DNA from: Macrostomum lignano
Lineage: Eukaryota
NCBI GenBank assembly: GCA_002269645.1
Contig: NIVC01000193.1
Span: forward strand, 1-64,000
Reading direction: 5' to 3'
DNA length: 64,000 nucleotides
A program made the translations under genes and the position numbers. Under the pieces are notes generated by a model. That model ran no database searches and was not told the origin of the DNA. It was given only the letters and a program-made list of their open reading frames with translations. Positions 12,001-23,529 of this stretch are shown piece by piece. How positions within the stretch are numbered: the first letter of the stretch is position 1; each line of letters begins with the position of its first letter.

Positions 12001-13603
12001 GGCTACTTGGGGGCGGAAGAGGCTACTTGGGGGGCGGAAGAGGCTACCGAGGGTGGAAGAGGCCACACATGAAATGTGTTTGTTTAAATAGTTAATTTTC
12101 CTATAATTTCAAAAAAGCAAGACTAGACATTCAGAATCTCAGTAGACGCAATGAGAGGTCAGTCACTGCTGTCTCTATGGAGAGTCGAAAAAATGCAAAT
12201 ACAGAAGCTTGCTACGAAACCCTTGAGTATAAATTAAACTTTCGCTACTATTTGGTATTGGCAGAACCAACATTGACTAATTCACAAGCATACGTTAGCC
12301 GTAGCCAGTGACAGTAGATATTAAAGAGCTTAAATGCAAACTAAGCCATTTCAAAGCAATAAAGCCCATTGTTTGCCCTGTGGGAATTTTGGGTAAATAT
12401 TTTTCCATTCACTGCTGCTTGTCCGCTGCTGCCTCGGAGCTATCGAATATACTATTCATTTTAACCGTTTTGGGGTCACCCCAATTTCAGTCTTGGGTAG
12501 GGAGCGGAAGAGACCCTACTAGGGTGTGTAAGCGGTTGATAAGAAAGTTGAGACAGTAGCAAAACCAATGTTCTATTTTCCTGAAACTTCAGGGTCTAAC
12601 AGTGGATCGTCAGAGCGTTGCCATTGCCGAACGCATTGCAGTCAATCGTAGCTTCAAGATTGTTTTCGGCGTCTTGCTGAAGCAGCAAGCCAAGACTGAG
12701 GACAACGATTTGTTTATGAATGACGACCCAATGATGGTTGGTTCCTGCTGTGCTAGTGTCATTAATTTTGTTACTTTTAGTACACTTAAAAGTACATCAA
12801 TTCTTTATGTCAACCCTGCTTTAAAAGGTTCTAATGGAATTCATGAAGCTGAAGAACATGCGTCTGCTAGACATATTTCTTAAATTGGACTCCGACGGAA
12901 GCAAGTCCTTGACGCACCAAGAGTTTAAGGACGGATTGATGGTGAGAAACCAACAAACCAACCAACCAACCAACCAACCAACCAACCAACCAACCAACCA
13001 ACCAACCAACCAACCAACCAACCAACCAACCAACCAACCAACCAACCAACCAACCAACCAACCAACCAACCAACCAACCAACCAACCAACCAACCAACCA
13101 ACCAACCAACCAACCAACCAACCAACCAACCAACCAACCAACCAACCAACCAACCAACCAACTAACTAACCAACCAACTAACCAACCAACAGGCCTTAGG
13201 CGTTCCAATGTCACCAGAGTGTCTGCAACGCCTGCTCCGCGTCCTTGACAAGGACGGCGATGGAGAAGTGGACTACACGGAGCTGGTGGCCGGTCAGCGC
13301 GAGCATAGGCGCCGAGTGATGCGAGTTCAGGTGCAAGAGAGAAGCGTGCCGTACGAGGAAACCGAACTAGGAATTATCAACGCAAAGCTCAGACGGGTAT
13401 TGGCCAACCGGGAGAAAGCAGCCAAGGACGCCAGACTGGCTCTTGAGCTAAAGCAACAGCAGCAGCAGCAACAACAGGCCTCCACTTGGGGAGTCATGAG
13501 TCGTCAGGCTAGTATCAAAACGCCAAAGATGCTCAGCGTTGCTATGCGAGTCCTGGAAACCAAAGCGGCAGGAAAACCGGAAAATATCGAAAAGAATGAT
13601 TAA
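7929..13603 (+). CDS. LRRC74A: LRRC74-like leucine-rich-repeat protein with C-terminal EF-hand pair (5' end unresolved)
   Basis: GT-AG exons with consistent phases: 7929-8056 (tentative), 8501-8739, 9054-9161, 9320-9413, 9504-9553, 10653-10734, 11120-11492, 12593-12736, 12828-12941, 13193-13603. Motifs: [17 protein letters not shown]; RI-type LRRs ([33 protein letters not shown]); EF loops [12 protein letters not shown] and [12 protein letters not shown]. One 1-nt frameshift near 11421. The symbol is a family-level guess. Confidence 0.8.
8136..8454. repeat. 34-bp intronic minisatellite GGTCATGAGGTCATATAGAATCCTAATGAGTAGT
   Basis: About 9 tandem units. Confidence 0.93.
8740..9010. repeat. (GTCT)n microsatellite starting at the 5' splice site
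   Basis: The donor GTCTGT is the first repeat unit. Confidence 0.93.
9631..10556. repeat. 22-23-bp minisatellite CAGGTGAGTCCCGTTAGTTCCTT
   Basis: 41 units counted. Confidence 0.97.
10807..11072. repeat. Degenerate repeat with GGGAAATCCC core
   Basis: 7 perfect GGGAAATCCC copies plus several near-copies, interspersed with AAATCCGTGACATC. Confidence 0.85.
11526..12064. repeat. 20-bp minisatellite GGGGGCGGAAGAGGCTACTT
   Basis: About 26 units, with GGTTACAGAAGAGGCTAC variants. Confidence 0.95.
12950..13190. repeat. (ACCA)n microsatellite filling an intron
   Basis: Runs up to the AG acceptor at 13191-13192. Confidence 0.95.
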
Positions 13604-13833
13604 TTCTGTGTGGTCTTGAAATTGTTTGTTATTTGATACTTTATATGCTTTTATTTTCTGTTTTCACACATGCAACACAAAATCTTTCGTTCGTAGCTGT
13701 TAGAGAGACGCCTAATTTAAATACGCGTTAATTCGGCTCTTGGTTTTAGTTTTTAGGGTAGAAGTTTGGGTTCAGCCTCGTGTCAGCTTGCATGCCGATT
13801 ACAGCACTCGGACTAGCGAAGTCTGACGTGACG

Positions 13834-15456
13834 TCACAGTTTAGGCAGCTCCCTCGAGTCCAACTGCAACGAGTCAACTGTGACGCTGCTAGACGTCTTG
13901 CATCGGTAGCGGACCAACCGGAAAATCAAATCCACCAGCTCAGCAATTATGGCGATAGACAGACCCGACCAGATGCCGCAGATGCTGCCCACCTGACACA
14001 GGAACACGGGCAGGGTGGTGATTGGAGTCTGGCGGAAGCTCTGCAGCAGGAACGGGTTCCTAGTCAGCTCGACGATGAAAACGCTCGATTGCGACACGTT
14101 GCCGCAGAGACTCGATGCCGACTGATTCAGGCTGGCGTTGCGCAGCAGAGCGTCTTCAATATCGGAGATAGTGGCACCCTGGTGGTTCATCTCATAGATG
14201 GTCTTCTGCACTACGCAGCGCTGCAAAGCGTTTATCGGTGCGTATGGCGCTCCGGACACTGTGGAGGGAAACCAGACTTCCTGGCAGGAGCTTTCACACT
14301 GGTCTTCGTAGGCCTTCGAAGCGCTCAATACTTTATCAACGCATAATTCGCGTTGTTTGTAGGTTTCAACGATGTCCGCTTCCGGCGCAAATGCGTTGCA
14401 GCGAGGCGAGTCGTCTGTCAGGTTCATCAGGCTCATGTCGAGGGTGCAGTTGCAGCTTCGGTGAACTTCGCCGCGTATACTCTGCACTATGCACATCTCC
14501 TTGTTATAGTCGAAGTACCGTTTGCGAAGCGTGCCATTGTCCGTGCGGTACTCCATGTGCCAGCCAGGCAGGTTGCTGCATTTCAGTCTCTGCAGACTGC
14601 ACTGAGTAAACTTCACCTGGTTAAAATAGTTAGCAGGTAGCAGTAGTTTGCTGTGCGAAAATGGCACCGAGTGCTCGCTATGCAGGTCAAACACGAAGCC
14701 GTTCATCGATGTCAGACCGTCAATCGGGAATGTGTTGAATATTTGATCGGAATATGAAGGGTTACCGCTGAAGTTCGCTTCTGTCCTGGGCATCACCAGA
14801 ATGATTGACTGTGCCAGTTTGGACAGGTTAGCTGGCAGAGTGATAGTGTGGCAGCTGATGTAACTCGGGTGGTGAAATGAGACCAGCCTGTAGGCACTGG
14901 GCGCCAGCCACATCACTCTGCCAGAGATCAGCAACACCCGAATGAGAGGTGCTCCGGTGCTCCCGCCCAGATTAGTGATTTCGTACAGACTTCGCTTGGC
15001 CTTAGCCAGAGTCCCGAGCACAGTGGCTAAATAGTTATTGTAATTCTCAATCAACAGTGCAAAACCACGATCAATATCGGGCTGCCTGCGGTAGAAATTT
15101 TTCACCTGCTCGCGAACATAATCGGAAAACTTTTTCGGACTCAGAATTCGCTCCGTGGCCAAGTATTTGAGCGATTCCTCGCTGAACTGAGTGCCGTCAC
15201 AATAAGACACGCTCGGAAACGGTTGCTCTGCAGTAGACGAAAATTTCATATCGACAGCCAGGTCGCCTTTGAGAAAGTTTAACGACAGCAGCGTCAGGTG
15301 CAGAGTCATGCCGACGAAGCACGCCAGGACGAACAGCGTCCAGAAGACGCGCAGAGGCTGGATGTCGGACAGAACAGTCCGTCGCAGAGACCTAACTGAG
15401 GAGTCGGCAACGAACCGGGCCAGGTGTTGTGACAGCAGGGAGCTATGCTGTTTCAT
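13834..15456 (-). CDS. DEG/ENaC (amiloride-sensitive sodium channel family) subunit, single coding exon, about 540 aa
   Basis: TM1 RVFWTLFVLACFVGM; post-TM1 FPSVSYCD; Cys-rich thumb (MC...CNCT...C...C...C.SSCQE); TM2 FLCQVGSICGIWSGLSIAIIAELVD with a GxS filter. First ATG is at 15456 (the track's 15462 start is TTG). Confidence 0.9.
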   Translation of the reverse strand: MKQHSSLLSQHLARFVADSSVRSLRRTVLSDIQPLRVFWTLFVLACFVGMTLHLTLLSLNFLKGDLAVDMKFSSTAEQPFPSVSYCDGTQFSEESLKYLATERILSPKKFSDYVREQVKNFYRRQPDIDRGFALLIENYNNYLATVLGTLAKAKRSLYEITNLGGSTGAPLIRVLLISGRVMWLAPSAYRLVSFHHPSYISCHTITLPANLSKLAQSIILVMPRTEANFSGNPSYSDQIFNTFPIDGLTSMNGFVFDLHSEHSVPFSHSKLLLPANYFNQVKFTQCSLQRLKCSNLPGWHMEYRTDNGTLRKRYFDYNKEMCIVQSIRGEVHRSCNCTLDMSLMNLTDDSPRCNAFAPEADIVETYKQRELCVDKVLSASKAYEDQCESSCQEVWFPSTVSGAPYAPINALQRCVVQKTIYEMNHQGATISDIEDALLRNASLNQSASSLCGNVSQSSVFIVELTRNPFLLQSFRQTPITTLPVFLCQVGSICGIWSGLSIAIIAELVDLIFRLVRYRCKTSSSVTVDSLQLDSRELPKL

Positions 15457-16224
15457 TGGCAAGCTTTTGAATGTCCTTGTGACTCACAGGGCTCGTCGAC
15501 ATGCAGCATCCGTGCAGTTTCCTGCAGCTTCCTTCAAGCAAGGCCCATGGTTAATGTCAAACTCAATAAACCAATCAGTCAATAGCTAAGCTACCATTGG
15601 AAATCAGTCGTTTTCCTTGTTGATGTATTTACTGGAATTGTTAAAGCGACTGCCATTGGTTCGCGGACTAACTCTGGCTGTTGTGGGCACTCTTATATCC
15701 ATTTGGAGAGGCTAGACAAGTACAGAATATTGATCTCAACAATTAGTTGAATACAGCTGCGTAAGTCGCTTCAGAATATGAGTGGAAATTTTAGTATACC
15801 GGTACTGCATCATTACTGCATTGGCCTATTTCACCTGAGCAAATAATAGCACATACAGTGCACCTGGTCTAACTGTTCTGTTCAAAGCAGTTCAGTTTAA
15901 GCACAAACTGACTGCGTTCATTCAATCCCTTAACAGTAGAAAGACCATGGGGGTGTATTTGAAATACACACATTTTTCCTTTGTCTGGATCTCCAAAAAT
16001 ATTCAAACAATTGCCATGAAAATTCAGAACACGGGCTAAAATTTCCCACTCTATTTGATGAAGCAACTTCGAAAATCACGAAAAATCGACATCGTCGAGA
16101 TCTTCAACGATTCTCCTCGGGGTGTCTTGTGGCAAAAACCACTAAACATTGGCAAAAATTTTCTGCTCACAAAATCTCATCGTGAAACCACGTCGGCTCA
16201 ACAAACTATGCATATCAATCGCAG

Positions 16225-16785
16225 GGACTTTTGCTCTCAACATCCCAGGCATCAGGGTCCCCTTCATCACCGTCTGGAGCATCGGCGGCGACCGTCGGGA
16301 CCTTCAACAAAAGTACCCGATCGGCATCTCAGAGACGGCTGCGTTCCCAAGGACGCGCTCCCAAGTCAGTCTACAAGCAATCTATCTCATCCAAAGCATA
16401 AACACACATGCTCTATGCAATTCCTTAGGGATTTGTAGATAAATTATTTGGCTTGTCATGTAAACTTGGCACTGCATAATACGCAGATGATGACTCGTAG
16501 ATGACTTGAAGTCCATGGCATCGAAGTAAACCATTTGGATGAGATTGGTTGCTCGTAGGCTGAGTTAGAATAAGAAAACCAATTCTCAAGCTTGTAATTC
16601 AATTCAACCAATTCAAGCTTGAACTCGATTTTCTTCGAAACCACATGCTTTTAATTCTCTACTATGCATCATATTTGTCACACTTTTGACATTTAAGGAA
16701 GACGCTACACTCTACGCGAGCCAAAAGACGCGTAAACTCACTCAGCAGCTGGCTGAAATAGAAAAAGCGCGTCACGGCCTTCAGA
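16225..16785 (+). CDS. Putative exons of an unidentified gene
   Basis: Exon 16225-16364 (CAG..GT; GTFALNIPGIRVPFITVWSIGGDRRDLQQKYPIGISETAAFPRTRSQ) joins in phase to an exon starting at 16698 (EDATLYASQKTRKLTQQLAEIEKARHGLQK). No family recognised. Confidence 0.35.
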
Positions 16786-18199
16786 AGTGTCCCGTGATAT
16801 CAGCACACAGTGTCTGGCATTACAAAACATTGCAGGAAAAAATTGACCAAAATTTATTGATTTCAACGGATTTTATCCAGACCTGCAGAGACCTATACAT
16901 GTATGCAATTTGTTCGCGGTTTATTGTTTAATCATTTTTTATCATCTAGGAAATCTATAGCATTGGGTCCTTCTTACTCCAGCTGTCCGTGGTTGATACA
17001 ATACTGTACAGGTGTGATAGGTTTCAGTCTATACCCCACCAGCATGGTATTTGCCTGACTGGACTGTAGTTAGTGATCCACCCTTGAGCACTCGGCCTGT
17101 CTCCTCTTGACCTCCTAACGCGACCCAGCTGGCATGGCAAGGTCCTATATACAGTTGAAAGCAAAAAAAGAGAATTGAGAACAAACATGCGGGGAGAACT
17201 ATAGGAAAGGCAGCAATTAGCTCAGCTAATCAGAGGACTTAACTAGCTCTCCGCCAGGCATGTGTGCAAATAAGCTAAATTTAGCTTGCAGCTGCTGATC
17301 AGCAGGCTGGCTCTATTAAAATCGGATTTCCTATACTAGATGATACGCATGTAAGGCTTAGTGTAGATTCCACCGCTTTAGTTTTAGTGAGATATGTAGT
17401 GCCATTTTGCTGTCTGTTTTTCAAAGCCAAAAATAATGTACTTATTTGAGACCGATGCACATGGCACGGCTAAGGCACTTAAGGTGGGAATCGAACTCTC
17501 AGATCAAGTGGTACTTGTGCAAGGCCTCACTTGGGCCCTGTGTGGGCCCTGGGGCATATATTGATATTAAGGGTCAAGTATAACATGTACTAATTCATTA
17601 TTGAATTCCTTTAAGCTTCTTAAAGTAAGCCTTGCGATTTCGGCCTTGCATGATTCTGAATAATTAGGGCCCCTTCCCTTGTTCGGCTGTTGATTGATCG
17701 ACGACTGCATGGCTATCAACTACTACTGTCACCTTCAGCCAGCTTAGCTTCTCAATCACAGAGCTCGCATCAAAGTTGAGGATAAACAGCATTAATTAAT
17801 CAGCAAAACTGCCTTCCTGCTTTCGTTTGTATAAATGTACATGTGTGTTGCACGACTCAAACTATGTACTACCACAAAATTGATCAAAAAGTACAAATCG
17901 GAAGCAAATGGCCAAAAATTTTCTCAATTGTGGTACAAAAAATACTGCCACACAGAATCAGAAAAAACAGAATCAAACAAAGAAATCGATCGATCGACAA
18001 ATCGAGATCGAGCAAACTAATATTAGTACCTTGGCCAGATATATTAGTGCATGGTCTTGGCCAGGATTCAATGATCGGTCTCAAAGACAGTTACATGTAT
18101 GTATGTACGGGTTTTCCGTCTTTTGATGTGCACTGCAAATAATAATGCCAAATATAAAATTTTTATTTCTTTAATTTAGCCGCGCTGCGTTGTGTGACT

Positions 18200-18430
18200 T
18201 ATGCTCGGGAGACCGACAATTGATCGCCACAATTTCACCGCCGACAATTTCCCCGCTGAAAATTTCACCGCCGGGCAAATGGAATTTATATGACCGTCTC
18301 AACTTCATCGCCATAATTTCACCGCCGGGCAAATGCAATTTAACCGCCACAATTTCCCCGCCGACGCGGTTTCGCCACCGGGCAAATGCAATTTAAGCGC
18401 TGCAATTAAACTGCCATTTGACCGCCGCTA
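18200..18430. repeat. Degenerate AATTTC(A/C)CCGCCG(GGCAAATG) repeat cluster, possibly a DNA-transposon subterminal region
   Basis: At least 6 related copies; no partner inverted end found in the window. Confidence 0.6.
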
Positions 18431-18559
18431 ATATATAGAGCGCCGCTGACTCAAGTTAACACTGTTCCCTATACCTCAAAATCTTTGAACCAATAAACCA
18501 ATTTACACGCATAACTTTTAGCAACTTGAAATCAGCTGAATCATTTTTTTCTAGAATCG

Positions 18560-18560
18560 A

Positions 18561-18628
<68 letters not shown>

Positions 18629-18672
18629 GTGTGTATATATATATATGTATATATGTATATATATATATATAC
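18560..18672. repeat. (CA)n/(TA)n compound microsatellite
   Basis: Directly visible. Confidence 0.9.
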
Positions 18673-18827
18673 ATGTACCTACGTCCGACAGATCATTTTT
18701 AGTATATGAATGGAACGAACGGAGCGAGACTTGAACCATGCATGGGTTTTAGCTGTTTGGTGCAGTGCGTGCAAGTTAGTCGGTACTGTGCAGACGGCCG
18801 GTTCATAAAGAATCCATGCGGTTTTTT

Positions 18828-19008
18828 CAGTGTCGTAACCAGGATTTCCTTCTGGGGGGGGTCATAGTCACAGGCTCTCAGCGGCAACTGGGGGCAGAGG
18901 GTGCTAGGCCTCTGCGACGGGGGAGGGGGTGTGCTGAAAATTTGGCCTGGATCAGCCGGCTGGGGGGGTCATGACCCCCATGACCCCCCCCCCTTGGCTA
19001 CGCCCCTG
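18828..19008. mobile_element. hAT-like MITE, 181 bp
   Basis: Imperfect TIRs CAGTGTCGTAACCAGG / CCTTGGCTACGCCCCTG and degenerate 8-bp TSDs GGTTTTTT / AGTTTTTC. Confidence 0.7.
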
Positions 19009-20341
19009 AGTTTTTCTACTTATTCCATGAATTTTTGACCTAATACATGCTCGCTTTCTGGCATAAAATATACTTTGATGAAATATAAAAAACATATTAA
19101 ACGTTTCTTTCGTTTACTACGCCTAGAAGAGTCATTTTAGCGGTAATTTAAAATGTGTAAATACTACCGGGAAATTTCCGTCAATTGCTAAATAAATTCT
19201 GAGTTCTGGCTGGTTAATTTATCATAATGATATTTGAAATATTTTAAAGTTATTTTTTGTAGGGCCTAATGTTTGGGAATTTAATTTGGAAATGGACAGA
19301 TCATCCCCCAATAGGTAGGCTAGTGTTGTGAAATATATTGAAGCTGTTCTGAGGACTGCATTGCTTTGGTTTGCATTCTCAATCTCCTCTAGTACTTCCA
19401 AGGTTTACCCTTTTCTAGTGAGTACTAGCTACCCCATTCCTAAATCCTAGGCCTAGGCCTAATCTTAAAATTAATTTAATCATATTAAATCATGTAGGCC
19501 CTATTAATATTATCATTTTATGTAGGGGCCTAGGCCTACCTAATAAAGGCTAAAGCTAAAAGTTTGGGACTAGACCAATTCTACAAAAAAATTTAATGTT
19601 TTAACATTTTATTTGAATTATAACTTAAAGTATAGGCTTAAATAGATATTAAAAATATGAACATTGAATTCCAACTAGGCTATATTTAAGATCATTATTT
19701 GCACTAGAAATTTCTAGCACAGATTTGCAGTAGGCCTAGCTAGTACATTGCACACACTTAGTGCACATTTTTTTGAAAAGTCTTGTGGCATCTAAATTTT
19801 GGTATATAGCATGTTGTCTATAGCATATATATATAGCATATACATAAAAACCTATAAAAAGTTGTGATATGCTATTTTAGTTTGCAAAAAAGCATATTAA
19901 ATAGGCATTCTGGTGAGGTTTTTGAAGTTCTAAGATTAACTTTTTTTTTTATTTTCTTAGATAGAGCATATATGTATGAGTAAAAGGACACCTCATTTTT
20001 GAAAATTGGTCAAATAATAAAAAAGTTATGACATTTTAATTTTTTTATTTTTTGTCCCCTTTGTAATGTATTTTTCCCATAAGGCTCTGTGACACTTTTT
20101 CACGAAACTATCACATTTTTTTACTTTAAATTGGCATAACTTTTTTTCTACTAGATGATTTTTTTTCAGCAAGGTGTCATTTTTTTGCTTCTTTCTCATT
20201 CTATACAATGATTATGTCCATGTTGTTTGGTTTAAATTTTGTTATAAATAAACTACTGGGAAGTATGACATAACATTGATATTTGTGGAGAAAAAATTAT
20301 TTATTTTTTGATTTATGATTTATGATTTAATGATTTATAAG

Positions 20342-20781
20342 TCACTGAGGCCGAGGGCGAAATTCTCCCAACTGCCAACTGTGCAGCGAAGATCAGCGAG
20401 CTCGTGGCAAAGAAGCTGCAACCTCCTGCTCAACGGCAGCCAAACAGACCGAATCGCGGACAGCGGCAGCAAACTGAAGGTCGTGGTCGTGAAAAGGAGA
20501 CTGACAGCGATCGTGTGGTACACAATGAGGAGGACGTGCAACGCACACTGAGCAACATCCCGGAGCTCGTCGGCACGAGAGTTGAAGTACTCTTCAGCTA
20601 CACTGATGGGGACCAGTGGGAGGAGGGTGCTGTTGTACGGCAGCTCCCAGCAGCCCGTGGTAGCCGGGACTTTCTGGACCGCCGGTTCACAATTGTCTTC
20701 GACAACTACCCCAACGAGCACTTTGAGTACGATCTGTATAAAGATTGGCTGGGGTCCACACTCAATGTTCTCTCCGATTGA
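20342..20781 (+). CDS. Orphan terminal exon encoding a Spin/Ssty (spindlin-type) Tudor-like domain
   Basis: GC-rich ORF after an AAG acceptor: LVGTRVEVLF..DQWEEGAVVRQL..RFTIVFDNYPNEHFEYDLYKDWLGSTLNVL*. This resembles the spindlin pattern LVGK.V.H....W.G.V...F.I.YD....Y.Y.L..D....L.I. Confidence 0.55.
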
Positions 20782-21267
20782 TTCATTGATTGATTCCAAT
20801 TGATTGTTTTGCGTGACGCCTGCATTCTAACCTCCCACACACACTGCCTCCCACACACACTGCCCCCAGCCTCACTTATTGACACCATACAATTACCAGA
20901 CAAACAAAGACCTGCTAATTGTTGTTGTATTTTTTTTCTAGCATTCATGCCCTCTACATGCCAGTTGCCAGCAGTATATAACCAAGTTGCAAGCTGTACA
21001 TATAAGGCACAGTTGGCATAGTTCTCTGTATACCATAGTTTAAAGATTATTGCATCAGCGTTCTTTTGCATTGTGATGATAACTTCTTGCATATGATCGA
21101 ACTCTAAGAGGTCCAAAATGGCCTCATCAGGCCAAGTATTTAAACAATGCAAAAAAACATCAACAGCAATCGCAATGTCCTGTTGTTACTTGCTACTTAC
21201 TGCTGGCCACTCGCTACATTTTTCATGTCATTTTGTCGAATGTTACTTTAATGCTGGTATGCTGGTG

Positions 21268-21313
<46 letters not shown>

Positions 21314-22148
21314 ATGTAGTGCAGTAACTTGTTGTCATACAGCTGAGCCAGCAACGTGTGTGCTTGCCGAGTGAGCAAGTAATGTGAAAATAAATAAGAC
21401 TCACAGATATTCATATATGACAGTGTGTCTATATCTGTATACATACGTATCGAAATCGTTTTTTTATTAAAAGTGTCACAGTCAAGCAATGTGCACAAAT
21501 TGATAAATATGATTACAATGCAAATTGGAGAAAGATGCTGCACACGAGTTGATCAATGGTTGTGCTACCGGATCCAGGGCCAGGGTGGTCTGAAATGCAA
21601 CGTAGGGTGGTTTACTTTGAATCAGTCGCGCGTTGTTGCGCGTTAAGATAGCTCCAAAATTATTTTTGCATCTTATTCACCATGAAATCCTACGTAAAAA
21701 ACATCGTGTCACCACCCTGTCACCAGTCTTGTTTCGAGTCAAAAAATTTAGTTGAAGACTTTGGACTAATATTTATAGAAGAAAAATATCTCAATTTTCT
21801 TTGCATTGCAGAAGAAATATATTCCGTAACTATTAATCTTTGTTTTACTGAAAACCGCTTATCAAAAAAAGCACTCGTTTTGATGCAATTCAAATTTCTG
21901 TCGGTCACTTAATTTTCCCGTGTTGTCACAGTTTCCAAAGCATGGTGAATTTGTTTGTTTTTCAAATTACCGTAGCTTCACTATTTGACATTGTAGGAAC
22001 CTCCAAGTAGTCTCAAATTAAAGCTTAAATCTCTCTCTTCAGGACATATATTTCCGTTTTTCTTAACTCTCTTGGTTTTCTAGTTTTTTTTATCATATGA
22101 AGTTGGTATCATTTAGCTCTTTTTAGCAGATTTTGCTCGGCACGCACA

Positions 22149-22160
22149 GGTCACGTGACC
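22149..22160. promoter_or_regulatory. Palindromic E-box/CLEAR-like GGTCACGTGACC, candidate alpha-spectrin promoter element
   Basis: 12-bp palindrome 1.37 kb upstream of the spectrin ATG, at the edge of an AT-rich stretch. Position-based inference only. Confidence 0.3.
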
Positions 22161-23529
22161 CTCACCAGAATGCCTATATTAAAGTTAGGACTATGAAAAT
22201 TTTAATAAGAAATTTCATATAGTGAAATGTTGTAAGTATGTAGTTTAATAATTGTTTTGCAAATATATTATAAATATATAATAGCTTTATCTTTAAAAAG
22301 TTTATTTCATTTTTTTCAAATTTATATAAATATTTGTATCTATATTGAATAAACTAAAGGCTAAAACATTTTACTTTTAGACTTATTCTTTAAAACATAG
22401 AAAAATTATTTTAATTACAAGTTCCAATACTTTGCAAGGCTATTTATCTTTAAATAGTGTTTTTTCTATAAAAATCATTGTTTAATGCTTTAAAAGCAAG
22501 GCTTTTTATTTCTAAATATTATTCCTAAATATTTCTAGGTAACTCCTTGTGTATATAAATTACTATGCCAAAATATATATGCCAACTCTAAAAGAGATCA
22601 TTTGTATATTAGAAATTTATATTTTCCTTGTCTAATGCTTTTGAAAATATACTATATATTATTTATTGAGTTATTAATTTATTATACAAATATATATATA
22701 TATTTATATTGCATATTTTCTATTAAAAAGTTTTGTAAAAGTATTTTCAAGTCTGAAGTTTTTTACAGTATATATAATTGTAATACTAAAACCTTACCTT
22801 AGCCTTGGGCCTTTATCTTTTAAGCTTTTATCTTTTGTCTTTAAATATTATTTTCTATATATTAATCTTTTGTCTTAATATTGTCAGCTGAAAAAATATT
22901 CATACTAAAATAAATTTAATTTCAAAAAAGTTATAAAAGTAACAATTAATTTTATATAGGTTTATAACAACTGACAAAGTATTTCACAAATTAAAAAAGG
23001 TATAGCTCAGAAAGAAGTTACAAAAAGCCTTATACAAGGCCAAAGTAATATAAGTCCAAGTCTTCCCCTTAGCTACTAGTTGTTCAGACTCAACTAAAAA
23101 TGAGATAGTCAATTAGGACCAGCCTATGCTGCAAAGTGCAAAGAGAGATTAGTAATTCATCTCTTCCTAGATAGTGTATAGAATATCTAAGGGACACACT
23201 GCCTAGTAGTAGAGCACACTATATTAGTTTAGATGTAGAGAATAGAGATATGTAGATATTAGTTATGTAGATATATAGATATATGTAGATATGTAGAGAT
23301 CAGTTTAATAATAAAGAACATAATTTATGACATTATCTTTTTTTCTTATTGTTATAAAGGTATTTATTATGGTTTGTTAATATCCATTTTGAGCAATATG
23401 GCTAATTGCTAATTCTTAAATTTGAAGGTTTAGTTCATATTTCAATTTTGCACCAAAATCTGCATGCAACTAAGCAAGCATATACTAAAGTCTGCACAAA
23501 GTTTCTAAACTCCCAAAACAAGCTAGCAA

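Noticed and set aside
21100-21140. CTGATGA on the minus strand as a hammerhead core
   Set aside because: No GAAA after the putative stem II.
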